From assembly GCA_044506885.1 (NCBI GenBank), contig JBIQKC010000009.1:11197-75196 (forward strand): DNA of 64,000 bases, read 5' to 3'. The position numbers and the translations under genes are program-made. Of this stretch, positions 29,089-40,151 are shown in pieces (position 1 is the first letter of the stretch; the number at the start of each line of letters is the position of its first letter). Origin of the DNA: Sphingomonadales bacterium. Lineage in GTDB: Bacteria; Pseudomonadota; Alphaproteobacteria; Sphingomonadales; Sphingomonadaceae. The notes beneath the pieces are model-generated. The model saw only the letters and a program-made list of their open reading frames with translations. It made no database searches and had not been told where the DNA came from.

Positions 29089-29556
29089 TCACCCTCCAAC
29101 GTCGCGCAAGCCGGCCGCGGCGATTCCCGCCTTCGCACAGGCGACATCGTCCGCGCTTTCCGCTCCCGATACGCCGACGCCGCCCAGCGCCACGCCGTCT
29201 GCCCCGAAGATCGGCAAGCCGCCCTCCCAGGTCGCGAGGCCCGGCGGGCCCTCGCCCCAATTAGCCGTTTCGGCCGACGCGACATGCACGGTCGCGGCCG
29301 AGCGTCCTTTCCACTGCGCGAATCCGCCCACCGCGCTCGCCGCGCCGTCCATGTGCGCGAAAGCGAGCAAGGCCCCGCGTTCGTCGAATACCGCAACCGC
29401 TATCGTCAGGTCGCGCTCTCCGGCCCATGCCAGGCAGCCGTCGCGCACGGCCGCAGCGCTCGCATAGTCCAGCATCGGCCGAGGCGTCTGCGCCGCAGAC
29501 GGCGACGCTGTGAACGCCAGCACAAGCAGCACGGCGGCGGCGGCTGTCTCCTTCAT
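29089..29556 (-). CDS. Exported GlcG/HbpS heme-binding family protein
   Basis: Signal peptide; AVAVFD..G; GGLPI; GGVGVSG...DD. Confidence 0.85.
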   Translation of the reverse strand: MKETAAAAVLLVLAFTASPSAAQTPRPMLDYASAAAVRDGCLAWAGERDLTIAVAVFDERGALLAFAHMDGAASAVGGFAQWKGRSAATVHVASAETANWGEGPPGLATWEGGLPIFGADGVALGGVGVSGAESADDVACAKAGIAAAGLRDVGG

Positions 29557-29614
29557 CCTCTTCCCCTTCCTTGCCGGGGCATCGCCCAAAGGCCGGCAAA
29601 AGGAAAGAGGGTGG

Positions 29615-30565
29615 CTACCGCCCCGCGTAGCGCGCGCCCTGGATGTCGACGGTGCTGGGCGTGCGCGCGAACAGTTCGCTGAACGGATCGTCGCCGGTTT
29701 CCATCGTATGCGGCTCGGTGCCTTCGCGGACGGTGGTGCGGCGCATGTCGCGCTTGTACTTTGCATAATCGAAGTCGCCGCCGCGATGCATCGAGCACAG
29801 GTTGTCCCAGATCACCATATCGCCGACGTTCCATGTCACGCTGAACACGTATTGCGGCTGGGTGCAGTGCTCGATCAGGTCCGCGATCAGCTTGCGCCCT
29901 TCGGCCTTGTCCATGCCCTCCACGTCCATCGTGTGCGCAGCGATGAACAGCGCCTTGCGGCCGGAACCCTTGTGGGTGTGGACCAGTGGATGCCTGGCCT
30001 TCGGCCGGACGTCGATTTCCTCATCGGGAATGTCGGCTCCGGCCTGCTTGCGGCTCCACCACAGGCTGTTGACGCCGATCTTGTCCGACAGGAAGTCCTT
30101 CATGTCCTGCGGCAGATCGTCGTAAGCGCTGCGCGTGTCGGCGAAACTGGTCTGCCCGCCTTCGGGCGGAACCTCGTGCGCCAGCAGCAGCGAATAGCTG
30201 GTGCGCTTTTCCATGAACGCGCTGTCGGTGTGCCACAACCGGTCGCCCTTGCGGTACTGGATCGCGGCCGCATCCTGCGTGATTTCGCCATCGACGTTGA
30301 GGTTCGATGCATCGAACAGTTCGCGATGCGGCAAGCGGAACCGCGCGCCTTCGCGCTGCGGCACGCGCTCAAGGTAGCCGAAATTGCGGCTGAACGCGAC
30401 ATGCTGATCGTCGTTCATGCCGGTATTCCGCCAGATCGTGACGCCCCAGGCGTCCATGGCGTCGGTCACCTGCTTCACTTCCGCATCGCTCAACGGCCGG
30501 GTCAGGTCCAGGCCCGAGCATTCGGCGCCGAAGCGCGGCAGGATGGGTTCCACTTTCAGCGGCAT
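29615..30565 (-). CDS. TfdA-like Fe(II)/2-oxoglutarate dioxygenase (TauD family)
   Basis: LWHTDSAF, GGQTSFAD, WDNLCSMHRG. Confidence 0.92.
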   Translation of the reverse strand: MPLKVEPILPRFGAECSGLDLTRPLSDAEVKQVTDAMDAWGVTIWRNTGMNDDQHVAFSRNFGYLERVPQREGARFRLPHRELFDASNLNVDGEITQDAAAIQYRKGDRLWHTDSAFMEKRTSYSLLLAHEVPPEGGQTSFADTRSAYDDLPQDMKDFLSDKIGVNSLWWSRKQAGADIPDEEIDVRPKARHPLVHTHKGSGRKALFIAAHTMDVEGMDKAEGRKLIADLIEHCTQPQYVFSVTWNVGDMVIWDNLCSMHRGGDFDYAKYKRDMRRTTVREGTEPHTMETGDDPFSELFARTPSTVDIQGARYAGR

Positions 30566-30589
30566 TTGCCTCTCCGATTTATTAGCTAG

Positions 30590-31051
30590 CTAAGCATTAC
30601 CAGACGGGCGCTTGCGCTGCAACGAAGCGCGCTTGCAATGCGCCACCAGGTCGCCCTGCTGATTATAGGCCCGGTGGATGAAGGTTACGATACCCTGGTC
30701 CGGCCGGGATTTGCTTTCGCGCAAATCGAGCACTTCGGTTTCGATCCGCAGCGTATCGCCGACGAAGATCGGCGCGGGAAAGCGCACCTCGTCCCACCCC
30801 AGGTTGGCGACCGCCGTTCCCTGCGTGGTGTCGATAACCGAGATCCCCACCATCAGCCCCAGCGTGAAGCACGAATTGACCAGGATACGGCCATATTCGG
30901 TGCCTTTCATGTATTCGGCGTCGAGATGCAGCGGCGCCGGGTTGTGGGTTAATGCGCTGACCAGCAGGTTGTCGGTCTCGGTCACCGTGCGCCGCAACGG
31001 GTGGTCGAACACCCGCCCCACCTCGAACTCCTCGAACCACAAGCCTGCCAT
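30590..31051 (-). CDS. MaoC-family dehydratase
   Basis: RTVTETDN..NPAPLHLD..F.APIFVGDTL. Confidence 0.92.
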   Translation of the reverse strand: MAGLWFEEFEVGRVFDHPLRRTVTETDNLLVSALTHNPAPLHLDAEYMKGTEYGRILVNSCFTLGLMVGISVIDTTQGTAVANLGWDEVRFPAPIFVGDTLRIETEVLDLRESKSRPDQGIVTFIHRAYNQQGDLVAHCKRASLQRKRPSGNA

Positions 31052-31154
31052 AGCGTCCTCGCCTCGTCTTCCGCGCTTCTAGCCCCTCACGCCTCCGCAG
31101 GAAAGGAATGCCCGCCCGTTCGTTGTCCGGCGTGAAGGCAATCGAGGAGCCCAC

Positions 31155-31613
31155 ATGAAGCACATCTTCCTTCCCCTGTTGACGCTGGCGGCGCTGGCCG
31201 CGTGCGACAGCAACCCTCCGGAAACCGGCGACGCCACGGAAACCCCTGTTCCGGCGCCGGCAGAAGCCGTCGTACCCCCGATGCAATCGCCGGTCGCCGG
31301 CGCCATTCCCGCCGCTATTCAGGGCCGTTGGGGCATGGTCGCGGCGGATTGCGAGCCCGGTCGCTCCGACGCCAAGGGCCTGCTGACGATCACTGCCGAC
31401 AAGCTGGAATTCTACGAATCGGTCGGCACGCTCGACGAGATAGAGGAGATCGCCGACGCCCGTATCCGCGCGGAATTCGATTTCACCGGCGAAGGCATGA
31501 CCTGGAATCGCGACGTCGTGCTGGAGGTTCTGGACGGCGGCCGGACCCTGATCCGGCAGGAATACGGAGATGATGCGGTCCCCGATCCGTTCCGCTATAG
31601 CCGGTGCGAATAA
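31155..31613 (+). CDS. Lipoprotein of unknown function
   Basis: LAAC lipobox; IPAAIQGRWG. Confidence 0.8.
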   Translation: MKHIFLPLLTLAALAACDSNPPETGDATETPVPAPAEAVVPPMQSPVAGAIPAAIQGRWGMVAADCEPGRSDAKGLLTITADKLEFYESVGTLDEIEEIADARIRAEFDFTGEGMTWNRDVVLEVLDGGRTLIRQEYGDDAVPDPFRYSRCE

Positions 31614-31626
31614 CGAGGAGGATCGG

Positions 31627-31920
31627 ATGAAGGCACTGCCGCCAATCGTCGCATGTGCGAGCGCGCTGGCGCTCGCCGCCTGCGCCACCACAGGTGACGC
31701 TGCCGGCCCCGGTGGGGGCGTATGCAATGCCGAGGATGCGCAAGGGTTCGTCGGCCAGCAGGCGACGCCCGAAGCCGGAGCCGAGCTGCTGCGCCTCACC
31801 GGCGCGCGCCAGCTCCGCTGGGGCCCGCCGCGCACGCCGATGACGATGGACTTCCGGCAGGACCGGCTGACCGTGTCCTATGACGACGACATGGTGATAG
31901 AGCGGGTTTCCTGTGGCTGA
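31627..31920 (+). CDS. I78-family peptidase inhibitor lipoprotein
   Basis: LAAC; TMDFRQDRL; terminal CG. Confidence 0.88.
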   Translation: MKALPPIVACASALALAACATTGDAAGPGGGVCNAEDAQGFVGQQATPEAGAELLRLTGARQLRWGPPRTPMTMDFRQDRLTVSYDDDMVIERVSCG

Positions 31921-32317
31921 CCCGCAGGACGGGCGGCAACGCATCCCCGCCCTTTCGCCGTTCGAGGAGGAAATCGGCTTCACCCGCGCGCTGCGGGTGG
32001 GCGACCGCATCGTCGTTTCCGGCACCGTTGGGGGCGAGGAGGACGGATCGGTTGCCGAAGACGCTGGCCGACAGGCCGACCGCTGCTTCGAGCTGATCCG
32101 CCAGCATATCGAACAGCTCGGCGGGCGCATGGCCGACGTGGTCCGCGTGCGCATGTTCGCCACCGACATCAAGGACGCCAATGCGATCAGCGCCGCCTTC
32201 AGCCGCGCGCTCAAGCATGCCCGGCCGACCGGCACGCTGGTGGCCATCGCCGCGCTCTACGATCCACGCTGGAAGGTTGAGATCGAGGCGGAGGCGGTAA
32301 TCGGCGCGGGGCAGTGA
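31913..32317 (+). CDS. RidA/YjgF family protein
   Basis: IGFTRA.RVG..VSGT; KVEIEAEA. Confidence 0.88.
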   Translation: MADPQDGRQRIPALSPFEEEIGFTRALRVGDRIVVSGTVGGEEDGSVAEDAGRQADRCFELIRQHIEQLGGRMADVVRVRMFATDIKDANAISAAFSRALKHARPTGTLVAIAALYDPRWKVEIEAEAVIGAGQ

Positions 32318-33456
32318 ACCAGTTCTCCCTCACCGAAGACCAGCTTGCCATCCAGGACATGGCGCGGCGGTTTACCGCCGATGCCATCACGCCCCACGCC
32401 GCCGAATGGGACGAGCGGCACGTGTTCCCCAAGGACACGATCCGCGCCGCCGCCGAGGTAGGCTTCGCGGCGATCTACGTCTCCGAGGAAAGCGGCGGCA
32501 GCGGGCTCGGGCGTCTGGAGGCGGCGCTGGTGATGGAAGCGATGGCCTATGGCTGTCCCGCCACCAGCGCTTTCCTGTCGATCCACAATATGGCGAGTTG
32601 GATGATCGACCGGTTCGGCTCGGCGGAGGTGAAGGCGAAATACCTGCCGCGCGTCGTCGACATGGAATGGATGGCGAGCTATTGCCTGACCGAGCCCGGA
32701 TCCGGTTCCGACGCCGCCGCACTCAAGACCACGGCGACGCGCGATGGCGATGACTGGGTGGTCAGCGGGACCAAGCAGTTCATCAGCGGCGCGGGGGTAA
32801 ACGACCTTTACCTGACTATGGTCCGCACCGGCGAGGACGGACCCGGCGGCATTTCCTGCCTCGCCATCGAGAAGGACATGCCCGGCGTCAGCTTCGGCGC
32901 GCCCGAACGCAAGACCGGCTGGCACGCTCAGCCGACCGCCGCGCTGATCCTCGATAATGTGCGCGTGCCGGCGGAAAACATCGTCGGCGGCGAGGGAGAA
33001 GGCTTCCGCATCGCGATGATGGGGCTCGACGGCGGGCGGCTCAACATCGGCGCCTGCTCGCTCGGCGGGGCGCAGCGCTGCCTCGACGAGGCATTGCGTT
33101 ACACGAAGGAACGCAAGCAGTTCGGCAAGGCGATCGCGGATTTCCAGAACACGCAGTTCATGCTGGCCGACATGGCGACCGAGTTGGAGGCCGCCCGCGC
33201 CCTGCTCTACCTCGCCGCCGCCAAGGTGACCGCCAACGCGCCGGACAAGACCCGCTTCGCCGCGATGGCCAAACGACTGGCCACCGACACGGGCATCGCA
33301 GTGGCCGACCGGGCGTTGCAGCTTCACGGCGGCTACGGCTACCTGATGGACTATCCGGTGGAGCGCTTCTGGCGCGACTTGCGCGTGCATTCGATCCTCG
33401 AAGGCACCAACCAGATCATGCGGCTGATCGTCGGGCGGGACCTGCTGCGGCAGTGA
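32314..33456 (+). CDS. Acyl-CoA dehydrogenase (isobutyryl-CoA dehydrogenase-like)
   Basis: YCLTEPGSGSD, RKQFG, QLHGGYGY, ILEGTNQIM. Confidence 0.95.
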   Translation: MNQFSLTEDQLAIQDMARRFTADAITPHAAEWDERHVFPKDTIRAAAEVGFAAIYVSEESGGSGLGRLEAALVMEAMAYGCPATSAFLSIHNMASWMIDRFGSAEVKAKYLPRVVDMEWMASYCLTEPGSGSDAAALKTTATRDGDDWVVSGTKQFISGAGVNDLYLTMVRTGEDGPGGISCLAIEKDMPGVSFGAPERKTGWHAQPTAALILDNVRVPAENIVGGEGEGFRIAMMGLDGGRLNIGACSLGGAQRCLDEALRYTKERKQFGKAIADFQNTQFMLADMATELEAARALLYLAAAKVTANAPDKTRFAAMAKRLATDTGIAVADRALQLHGGYGYLMDYPVERFWRDLRVHSILEGTNQIMRLIVGRDLLRQ

Positions 33457-34502
33457 CCGGCGAAGTTCTCATTCACCGCGCCGATCCTGTCGGCCACATC
33501 TCGCTCAACCGCCCCCAGGCGCTCCACGCGCTGACGCACCCTATGTGCGAGTCCATATCCGCCGCCCTGCTCGAATGGCGGGACGACGACAGCATCGAGG
33601 CCGTGATCCTCGATCACGCCGAAGGACGCGGCTTTTGCGCCGGGGGCGATGTGGCGATGGTCCGCCGCTCGGCGCTGGAAGACGGCGGCGCGGCCGGGCG
33701 CGCGTTCTTCATGGCCGAATATCGGATGAACCACCTGCTGTTCACATATCCCAAGCCGGTGACCGCCTTCATGGACGGGGTGACGATGGGCGGCGGCGTG
33801 GGCCTCGCCCTCCCCTGCCTCTATCGCGTGGCGACGGAAAACACGCTGTTCGCCATGCCGGAAGGGGCGATCGGCCTGTTCCCCGATGTCGGCGCGGGCT
33901 GGTATCTCCCGCGGCTGCCGGGGCAGGTGGGCAAGTTCCTCGCCCTCACCGGCGCACGGCTCGACGGGGCGGAATGCCTGTGGGCTGGACTGGCGACCCA
34001 CTTCCTTCCCTCCGAGGCATTGGCTGACGCCAAGGCGCGCATCGCCGCCGATCCCGCCTCCGCCGAAGCCGTGCTGGCCGGGCTGGCGACAGAGCCTCTT
34101 CCCGCCCGCCTTGCCGGCAATGCCGAGCGCATCGACCGCCTGTTCGCTCCCGATACGCTGGAAGGCATCCTTGCCGCATTGGCCGCCGATCCCTCCGACT
34201 GGGCGGCCAAGGAATGGAACGCCGTCACCGCCAAGTGCCCCACCACCGCCAAGGTCGCCCTGCGCCAGTTCGCCGTCCACCGCGCCAGCTTCGCGGAGGA
34301 AATGGCGCTCGAATATCGCCTTGCCACGCGAATGATCGCGCGGCCCGATTTCGCGGAGGGCGTGCGCGCGGTGCTGGTAGACAAGGACAATGCGCCGCGC
34401 TGGAATCCCGCCGCGGCGGAGGGTGTCACGCAGGCTATGCTCAACGCGATCTTCGCGCCGCTGCCCGAGGGCGAGGAGTGGACTCCCACCCCAGAAACAT
34501 AA
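33453..34502 (+). CDS. 3-hydroxyisobutyryl-CoA hydrolase / crotonase family protein
   Basis: FCAGGD, MDGVTMGGG, AMPE..IGLFPDVG, DFAEGVRAVLVDKD. Confidence 0.92.
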   Translation: MTGEVLIHRADPVGHISLNRPQALHALTHPMCESISAALLEWRDDDSIEAVILDHAEGRGFCAGGDVAMVRRSALEDGGAAGRAFFMAEYRMNHLLFTYPKPVTAFMDGVTMGGGVGLALPCLYRVATENTLFAMPEGAIGLFPDVGAGWYLPRLPGQVGKFLALTGARLDGAECLWAGLATHFLPSEALADAKARIAADPASAEAVLAGLATEPLPARLAGNAERIDRLFAPDTLEGILAALAADPSDWAAKEWNAVTAKCPTTAKVALRQFAVHRASFAEEMALEYRLATRMIARPDFAEGVRAVLVDKDNAPRWNPAAAEGVTQAMLNAIFAPLPEGEEWTPTPET

Positions 34503-34512
34503 CCCCCTCTTC

Positions 34513-34585
34513 GTCATCCCTGCGAAAGCGGGGAAGTTACGTACGCACTCAAGAACCGACTGGGTTCCCGCTTTCGCGGAATGAC
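34513..34585. repeat. REP-like palindromic intergenic repeat
   Basis: GTCATCCCTGCGAAAGCGGGGAA ... TTCCCGCTTTCGCGGAATGAC. Confidence 0.7.
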
Positions 34586-34689
34586 AATAGGTTGGGTGCA
34601 CGGGTTCTCCGACCCAACTTAGCCGCCGCAAAGAATTTCTCCCCGCCGCGCGCCTTGCGAATACGCCCGCCAGGCTGCAATTGCCGCCC

Positions 34690-35592
34690 ATGCAACGGCT
34701 GACCCATCTCCAGCGCCTCGAGGCGGAGAGCATTCATATCATGCGCGAGGTTGTCGCCGAGGCGGACAACCCGGTGATGCTCTATTCGGTGGGCAAGGAC
34801 AGCGCGGTCATGCTGCACCTGGCGAAGAAGGCGTTCTATCCCGCCCCGCCGCCGTTTCCGCTGCTCCACGTGGATACCACATGGAAGTTCCGCGACATGT
34901 ACGCGCTGCGCGACAAGGCTGCGAAAGCGGCGGGGATGGAGCTGCTGATCCATCACAACCCGGAAGCGCTGGAACGGGGGATCAATCCGTTCGACCACGG
35001 TCCACTGCACACCGACATGTGGAAGACCGAAGGGCTCAAGCAGGCGCTCGACAAGTGGAAGTTCGACGCGGCCTTCGGCGGCGCGCGACGCGACGAGGAG
35101 AAGAGCCGGGCCAAGGAGCGCATCTTCAGCTTCCGCACCGCCAGCCACGGCTGGGACCCGAAGAACCAGCGCCCCGAGCTGTGGAACCTCTACAATGCGA
35201 GGAAGAACAAGGGGGAGAGCATCCGCGTCTTCCCGATCAGCAACTGGACCGAACTCGACATCTGGCAATACATCATGGCCGAGGGGATCGAGATCGTCCC
35301 CCTCTACATGGCCGCCCCGCGCCCGACGGTGGAGCGCGACGGCCTGCTGCTGATGGTGGATGACGAGCGCTTCCCGCTGCTGCCGGGCGAGGAGCCGGTG
35401 ATGCGCTCGATCCGCTTCCGCACGCTCGGCTGCTATCCGCTGACGGGCGCGGTGGAGAGCGAGGCGGCGACCCTGCCGCAAGTGGTGCAGGAGATGCTGC
35501 TGACCACCACCAGCGAACGCCAGGGCCGCGCCATCGACAAGGACGCCGGAGGCGCGGGCATGGAGAAGAAGAAGCAGGAGGGGTATTTCTGA
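34690..35592 (+). CDS. cysD: Sulfate adenylyltransferase subunit 2
   Basis: [41 protein letters not shown]. Confidence 0.97.
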   Translation: MQRLTHLQRLEAESIHIMREVVAEADNPVMLYSVGKDSAVMLHLAKKAFYPAPPPFPLLHVDTTWKFRDMYALRDKAAKAAGMELLIHHNPEALERGINPFDHGPLHTDMWKTEGLKQALDKWKFDAAFGGARRDEEKSRAKERIFSFRTASHGWDPKNQRPELWNLYNARKNKGESIRVFPISNWTELDIWQYIMAEGIEIVPLYMAAPRPTVERDGLLLMVDDERFPLLPGEEPVMRSIRFRTLGCYPLTGAVESEAATLPQVVQEMLLTTTSERQGRAIDKDAGGAGMEKKKQEGYF

Positions 35593-37526
35593 TGACCGAT
35601 CCTGCATACGTGGCCGACGCCCTCATCGCCGAGGACATCGACGCCTACCTCGACTTGCACCAGAACAAGGGCCTGCTGCGGTTCATCACCTGCGGCAGCG
35701 TGGATGACGGCAAGTCCACGCTGATCGGCCGGCTGCTCTACGATTCGAAGATGATCTTCGAGGACCAGCTCGCCGCGCTCGAGGCCGACAGCGCGCGCGT
35801 CGGCACGCAAGGCAAGGCGATCGACTTCGCGCTGCTGGTGGACGGCCTTGCGGCCGAGCGCGAGCAGGGCATCACCATCGACGTCGCCTATCGCTTCTTC
35901 GCGACCGAGAAACGCAAGTTCATCGTCGCCGACACGCCGGGGCACGAACAGTACACCCGCAACATGGTCACCGGCGCCAGCACCGCCGACCTCGCGGTAA
36001 TCCTGGTCGATGCGCGCAAGGGCGTGCTGGTGCAGACGCGGCGCCATTCGTACCTCGCCCACCTGATCGGCATCCGCCATCTGGTGCTGGCGGTGAACAA
36101 GATGGACCTGGTCGATTACGCGCAAGACGTGTTCGACGGCATCGTCGCCGATTATGCCGCTTTCGCCAAGGACATCGGCATCGAAGCGTTTACGCCGATC
36201 CCGATTTCCGGCTTCAAGGGCGACAACATCGCGTCGACCCCGTCGCCCAACACCCCCTGGTACTCCGGCCCCAGCCTGATCGAGCATCTCGAAAGCGTCG
36301 AGATCGAAGGCATGGCCGCCCAGGCGCGCCCCTTCCGCATGCCGGTGCAATGGGTCAACCGCCCCAACCTCGATTTCCGCGGCTTCTCCGGGCTCATCGC
36401 CGGCGGCAGCGTGAAGCCGGGCGATCCGGTGCGGATCGTGCCCTCTGGCAAGACCAGCACGGTCAAGGCCGTGGTGACGATGGATGGCGAGCTGGAGCAG
36501 GCCGTCGCCGGGCAGTCGGTCACGCTGACGCTGGCCGACGAGGTCGATTGCAGCCGAGGCGACGTGATCGCCGCCGCCAGCGCCCCGCCACAGGCCGCCG
36601 ACCAATTTGAGGCGACCGTTGTCTGGATGAGCGACGAGGCGCTGATCCCCGGACGCGGCTACTGGCTCAAGCTGGCGACGCAGACGGTCGGCGCCACGGT
36701 GGCGCAGCCGAAGTACGAGGTGAACGTCAACGATCCGACCGGTTCGGGCTCACACCTCGCGGCCAGGACGCTCGATCTCAACGCCATCGGCGTATGCGAG
36801 GTGACCACCGACCGCCCGATCGTGTTCGAGCCCTATGCCGAAAGCCGCGCGCTGGGCGGGTTCATCCTGATCGACAAGCTGACCAACGCCACCGTGGCGG
36901 CGGGCATGATCCATTTCAGCCTGCGCCGGGCGCAGAACGTCCACTGGCAGGCGCTCGAAGTCGGGCGCGAGCAGCACGCGGCGCTGAAGGGACAGAAGCC
37001 GGCGGTGCTATGGTTCACCGGCCTGTCGGGCTCCGGCAAGTCGACCATCGCCAACATGGTCGAAAAGAAGCTCCACGCCGCGGGGCGGCATACCTTCCTG
37101 CTCGACGGCGACAACGTGCGCCATGGGCTCAACAAGGATCTCGGCTTCACCGAGGCCGACCGGGTGGAGAACATCCGCCGCGTGGGCGAAGTGGCGCGGC
37201 TGATGACCGATGCGGGCCTTATCGTCCTCACCGCCTTCATCAGCCCGTTCCGCGCCGAGCGCGAGCTGGCGCGCTCGATGCTGCCCGATGGCGAGTTCAT
37301 CGAGGTCTTCGTCGATACGCCGCTGGAAGTGGCGGAAAGCCGCGACGTGAAGGGCCTCTACCGCAAGGCGCGCGCCGGCGAGCTGAAGAACTTCACCGGC
37401 ATCGACAGCCCCTACGAACGGCCCGAAAGCCCCGAAATCCGCATCGACACCACCGTCACTTCGCCGGAAGACGCGGCGGAGCTGGTCGTTGCCCGCCTGC
37501 TTGGCGCATGGGCCCCCGACCTTTGA
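35592..37526 (+). CDS. cysNC: Bifunctional CysN/CysC
   Basis: GSVDDGKST GTPase domain plus [15 protein letters not shown] kinase domain. Confidence 0.97.
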   Translation: MTDPAYVADALIAEDIDAYLDLHQNKGLLRFITCGSVDDGKSTLIGRLLYDSKMIFEDQLAALEADSARVGTQGKAIDFALLVDGLAAEREQGITIDVAYRFFATEKRKFIVADTPGHEQYTRNMVTGASTADLAVILVDARKGVLVQTRRHSYLAHLIGIRHLVLAVNKMDLVDYAQDVFDGIVADYAAFAKDIGIEAFTPIPISGFKGDNIASTPSPNTPWYSGPSLIEHLESVEIEGMAAQARPFRMPVQWVNRPNLDFRGFSGLIAGGSVKPGDPVRIVPSGKTSTVKAVVTMDGELEQAVAGQSVTLTLADEVDCSRGDVIAAASAPPQAADQFEATVVWMSDEALIPGRGYWLKLATQTVGATVAQPKYEVNVNDPTGSGSHLAARTLDLNAIGVCEVTTDRPIVFEPYAESRALGGFILIDKLTNATVAAGMIHFSLRRAQNVHWQALEVGREQHAALKGQKPAVLWFTGLSGSGKSTIANMVEKKLHAAGRHTFLLDGDNVRHGLNKDLGFTEADRVENIRRVGEVARLMTDAGLIVLTAFISPFRAERELARSMLPDGEFIEVFVDTPLEVAESRDVKGLYRKARAGELKNFTGIDSPYERPESPEIRIDTTVTSPEDAAELVVARLLGAWAPDL

Positions 37527-38260
37527 CCGACGCGGAGCTCGCGGCGGAGCTGGCGGCCGAAGCCGGGCGAATGCTGGTCGCACTGCGCACGCTGCGGTTT
37601 CTCGATGGCAAGGCGCTGGCCGAGGAAGGGGACCGCGAGGCCAACCGCTTCCTGGTGGAACGCCTGCGCGCCGAACGGCCGGACGACGGCCTGCTTTCCG
37701 AAGAAAGCAAGGATACTGCCGAGCGCCTGGCCAAGTCGCGCGTGTGGATCGTCGATCCGCTCGACGGCAGCCGCGAGTTCGGGGAAGCGCGCGCGGACTG
37801 GGCGGTCCACGTCGGCCTGGCGATAGGCGGCGTGGCGGAGATCGGCGCGGTCGCGCTGCCCGGCCTCGACGGCGGCACCGTGCTGCGCAGCGACCGGCCG
37901 GTGACATGCCGCCCGCACGTCGGCCCGCCGCGCATGCTGGTCAGCCGCACCCGCCCCGCCACCGAAGCCGTCGCGGTGGCGGAAAAGCTTGGCTGCGACC
38001 TCGTGCCGATGGGCTCAGCCGGGGCCAAGGCGATGGCCGTGGCGCTGGGCCACGCGGAAATCTACCTCCATTCCGGCGGGCAATACGAATGGGACAGTTG
38101 CGCCCCCGTCGCCGTCGCCCGCGCCCACGGCCTGCACTGCTCGCGCATCGACGGCAGCCCGCTAGTGTACAACAACGCCGATACGTGGCTGCCGGACCTG
38201 CTGATCTGCCGGTCCGACTTCGCCGACGCCGCGCTGGAAACGGTCGCTACCCTCGGCTGA
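37523..38260 (+). CDS. cysQ: 3'(2'),5'-bisphosphate nucleotidase
   Basis: [19 protein letters not shown]. Confidence 0.9.
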   Translation: MTDAELAAELAAEAGRMLVALRTLRFLDGKALAEEGDREANRFLVERLRAERPDDGLLSEESKDTAERLAKSRVWIVDPLDGSREFGEARADWAVHVGLAIGGVAEIGAVALPGLDGGTVLRSDRPVTCRPHVGPPRMLVSRTRPATEAVAVAEKLGCDLVPMGSAGAKAMAVALGHAEIYLHSGGQYEWDSCAPVAVARAHGLHCSRIDGSPLVYNNADTWLPDLLICRSDFADAALETVATLG

Positions 38261-38717
38261 ACCGCGAGGCGAGCGCGCGGGCAGCCTCGCTCACATCGCG
38301 CCAGGTCGTCTCGAACCCGGCTTCGTCGCCGTAATAGGGATCGGCCACCGGTTCCCCCTCACGACCCGGCACGCAATCCAGCAGCAGCGCGATCTCTGCC
38401 GTTGCATCTGCGGAGGCGCGGCTTTGCAGAACCGCCAAGTTGTCCTCGTCGAGCGCGAAGATGTGGGTGAAGCGGCGATAGTCGGCCGCCGTCACCTGCC
38501 GCGCGCGCAAGTGGTCTATCGGCGCCCCCATCGTTCTCGCCACCGCCCGCGCGCGCGGATCGGGCGCTTTGCCGGTGTGCCACGCTGCGGTTCCGGCGGA
38601 ATCGATCTCCACCTCCAGCCCCAGCATCTCCGCCTCGCGCCGGAACGCAGCTTCGGCCAGCGGCGAGCGGCAGATATTGCCGAGACAGACGAACAGGACC
38701 GAAACGCGCCCCGTCAC
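38247..38717 (-). CDS. Low-molecular-weight protein-tyrosine phosphatase
   Basis: CLGNICRSP, DPYY. Confidence 0.92.
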   Translation of the reverse strand: MTGRVSVLFVCLGNICRSPLAEAAFRREAEMLGLEVEIDSAGTAAWHTGKAPDPRARAVARTMGAPIDHLRARQVTAADYRRFTHIFALDEDNLAVLQSRASADATAEIALLLDCVPGREGEPVADPYYGDEAGFETTWRDVSEAARALASRFSRG

Positions 38718-40009
38718 GCCAGCCACGGTCCTGTGATCGCCAGCGTGCGCGTCGGGCTGAACACGTTGACGAACAGCGTACGGCCGTCGGGGGAGAAGCA
38801 CGCGCCGGCCAGCTCGGTATCCAGCCGGCACAGCGCGAAGGGATAGGTCGTCCCGTCCGGCCGCACGCCGCGCAAGTGGTTGGACACGTTCTCGGTGTAC
38901 TGGTCCTCGCACACGATCAGGTGGCCGTTGGGGGCCACGGTCAGGTTGTCGCCGAAGTTCAGCTCTTCCAGAGAGCGGCTTTCGAGGAACAGTTGCAGCC
39001 GGTCCGGCCCGCTCGCCTGCGGGCGCAGGCGGAATATCTGCCCCAACTTCGCCGCTCCGCCGCCGGTGCAGCAGAAGTAGAGCTCTCCATCGCCCATCCA
39101 CACGCCTTCGCCGCGATGGAACAGCGTCGCGCCCGCCGCTGCGCCGCGCTGGCGCAGGTCGTATGCGGGGGCCTCGACATCCTCCATGTCGATCCAGCGC
39201 ACAGCCTGCCAGCTGCCGGGTTCGAACGCCTGACCGTCGAAGTTGCGGCTGTCGGGCAGCCCGTCGATCGCCAGCGCCTGGAGCCGCCCGCCTTCGGCCA
39301 ACTTGCCTGGCGTGTCGGGGATGAAGCGGTAGAACAGGCCGTCACGCTTGTCTTCGGTCTGGTACACGATGCCGGTGGCCGGATCGACGGCCACTGCTTC
39401 GTGATCGAAGCGGCCCATCGCCTTCAGCGGCACGGGCTCCACAAGCCCGGTCGCGTTCGCGGGCACTTCGAACACATAGCCGTGATCGGGCAGCCGCGGC
39501 TGGAACACGTTCGGTTCCTCGCAGGTCAGCCAGCTTCCCCATGGCGTGATCCCGCCGGCGCAATTGCGGATCGTGCCGGCAAGCGAACGGAACTGCCGCT
39601 CTACCGCAAAGGTCGCGGCATCGAGCACGATAGTCGTCGTTCCGCCCGGCAGCACCTTGCCGTCCGCGTCGCGACCATATCCGGACGTCAGCTCCGCCCC
39701 CGCCGATTGGGTGAGATTGAGTTCGTGGTTGCGCACCAGCGCCCACTTGCCCTCGCCGAGATCGAAACAGCCCATCCCGTCCGCATGATCGGGCACCGTG
39801 CCGCCATCGGCCATCGCGTCGCCCAGTTTCGAAAGCACGCGATAGGTAAACCCTTCGGGCAGGTCGAGCAGCCCGTCGGGGTCGGCCACCAGCGGCCCGT
39901 ATCCCGTCATCTGCCGGCCGGAACCGACCCCGTGGGCGCACCCGCTCGCCGCCAGCGCGGCGAAGGCGCTGCCGGTGGCGCGCAGGAACTGGCGGCGGTC
40001 GGCAATCAT
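38714..40009 (-). CDS. phoX: PhoX-family (DUF839) Tat-exported alkaline phosphatase
   Basis: RRQFL Tat motif; NCAGG.TPWGSWLTCEE; MGRFDHEA; DN..CED. Confidence 0.88.
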   Translation of the reverse strand: MIADRRQFLRATGSAFAALAASGCAHGVGSGRQMTGYGPLVADPDGLLDLPEGFTYRVLSKLGDAMADGGTVPDHADGMGCFDLGEGKWALVRNHELNLTQSAGAELTSGYGRDADGKVLPGGTTTIVLDAATFAVERQFRSLAGTIRNCAGGITPWGSWLTCEEPNVFQPRLPDHGYVFEVPANATGLVEPVPLKAMGRFDHEAVAVDPATGIVYQTEDKRDGLFYRFIPDTPGKLAEGGRLQALAIDGLPDSRNFDGQAFEPGSWQAVRWIDMEDVEAPAYDLRQRGAAAGATLFHRGEGVWMGDGELYFCCTGGGAAKLGQIFRLRPQASGPDRLQLFLESRSLEELNFGDNLTVAPNGHLIVCEDQYTENVSNHLRGVRPDGTTYPFALCRLDTELAGACFSPDGRTLFVNVFSPTRTLAITGPWLA

Positions 40010-40151
40010 CGGATGTCCTCCCTTTCGAATCATCTCTTGCCGCCTGTTAGCCCGATGTGGCGGCTTCATGTCAGCACCCGGTAGCCCAATGGCGCGGATT
40101 GTGCTGATAATCGCGCGAGAGCGCTACCACGCGGCGCGGGAGGGGGAAACG

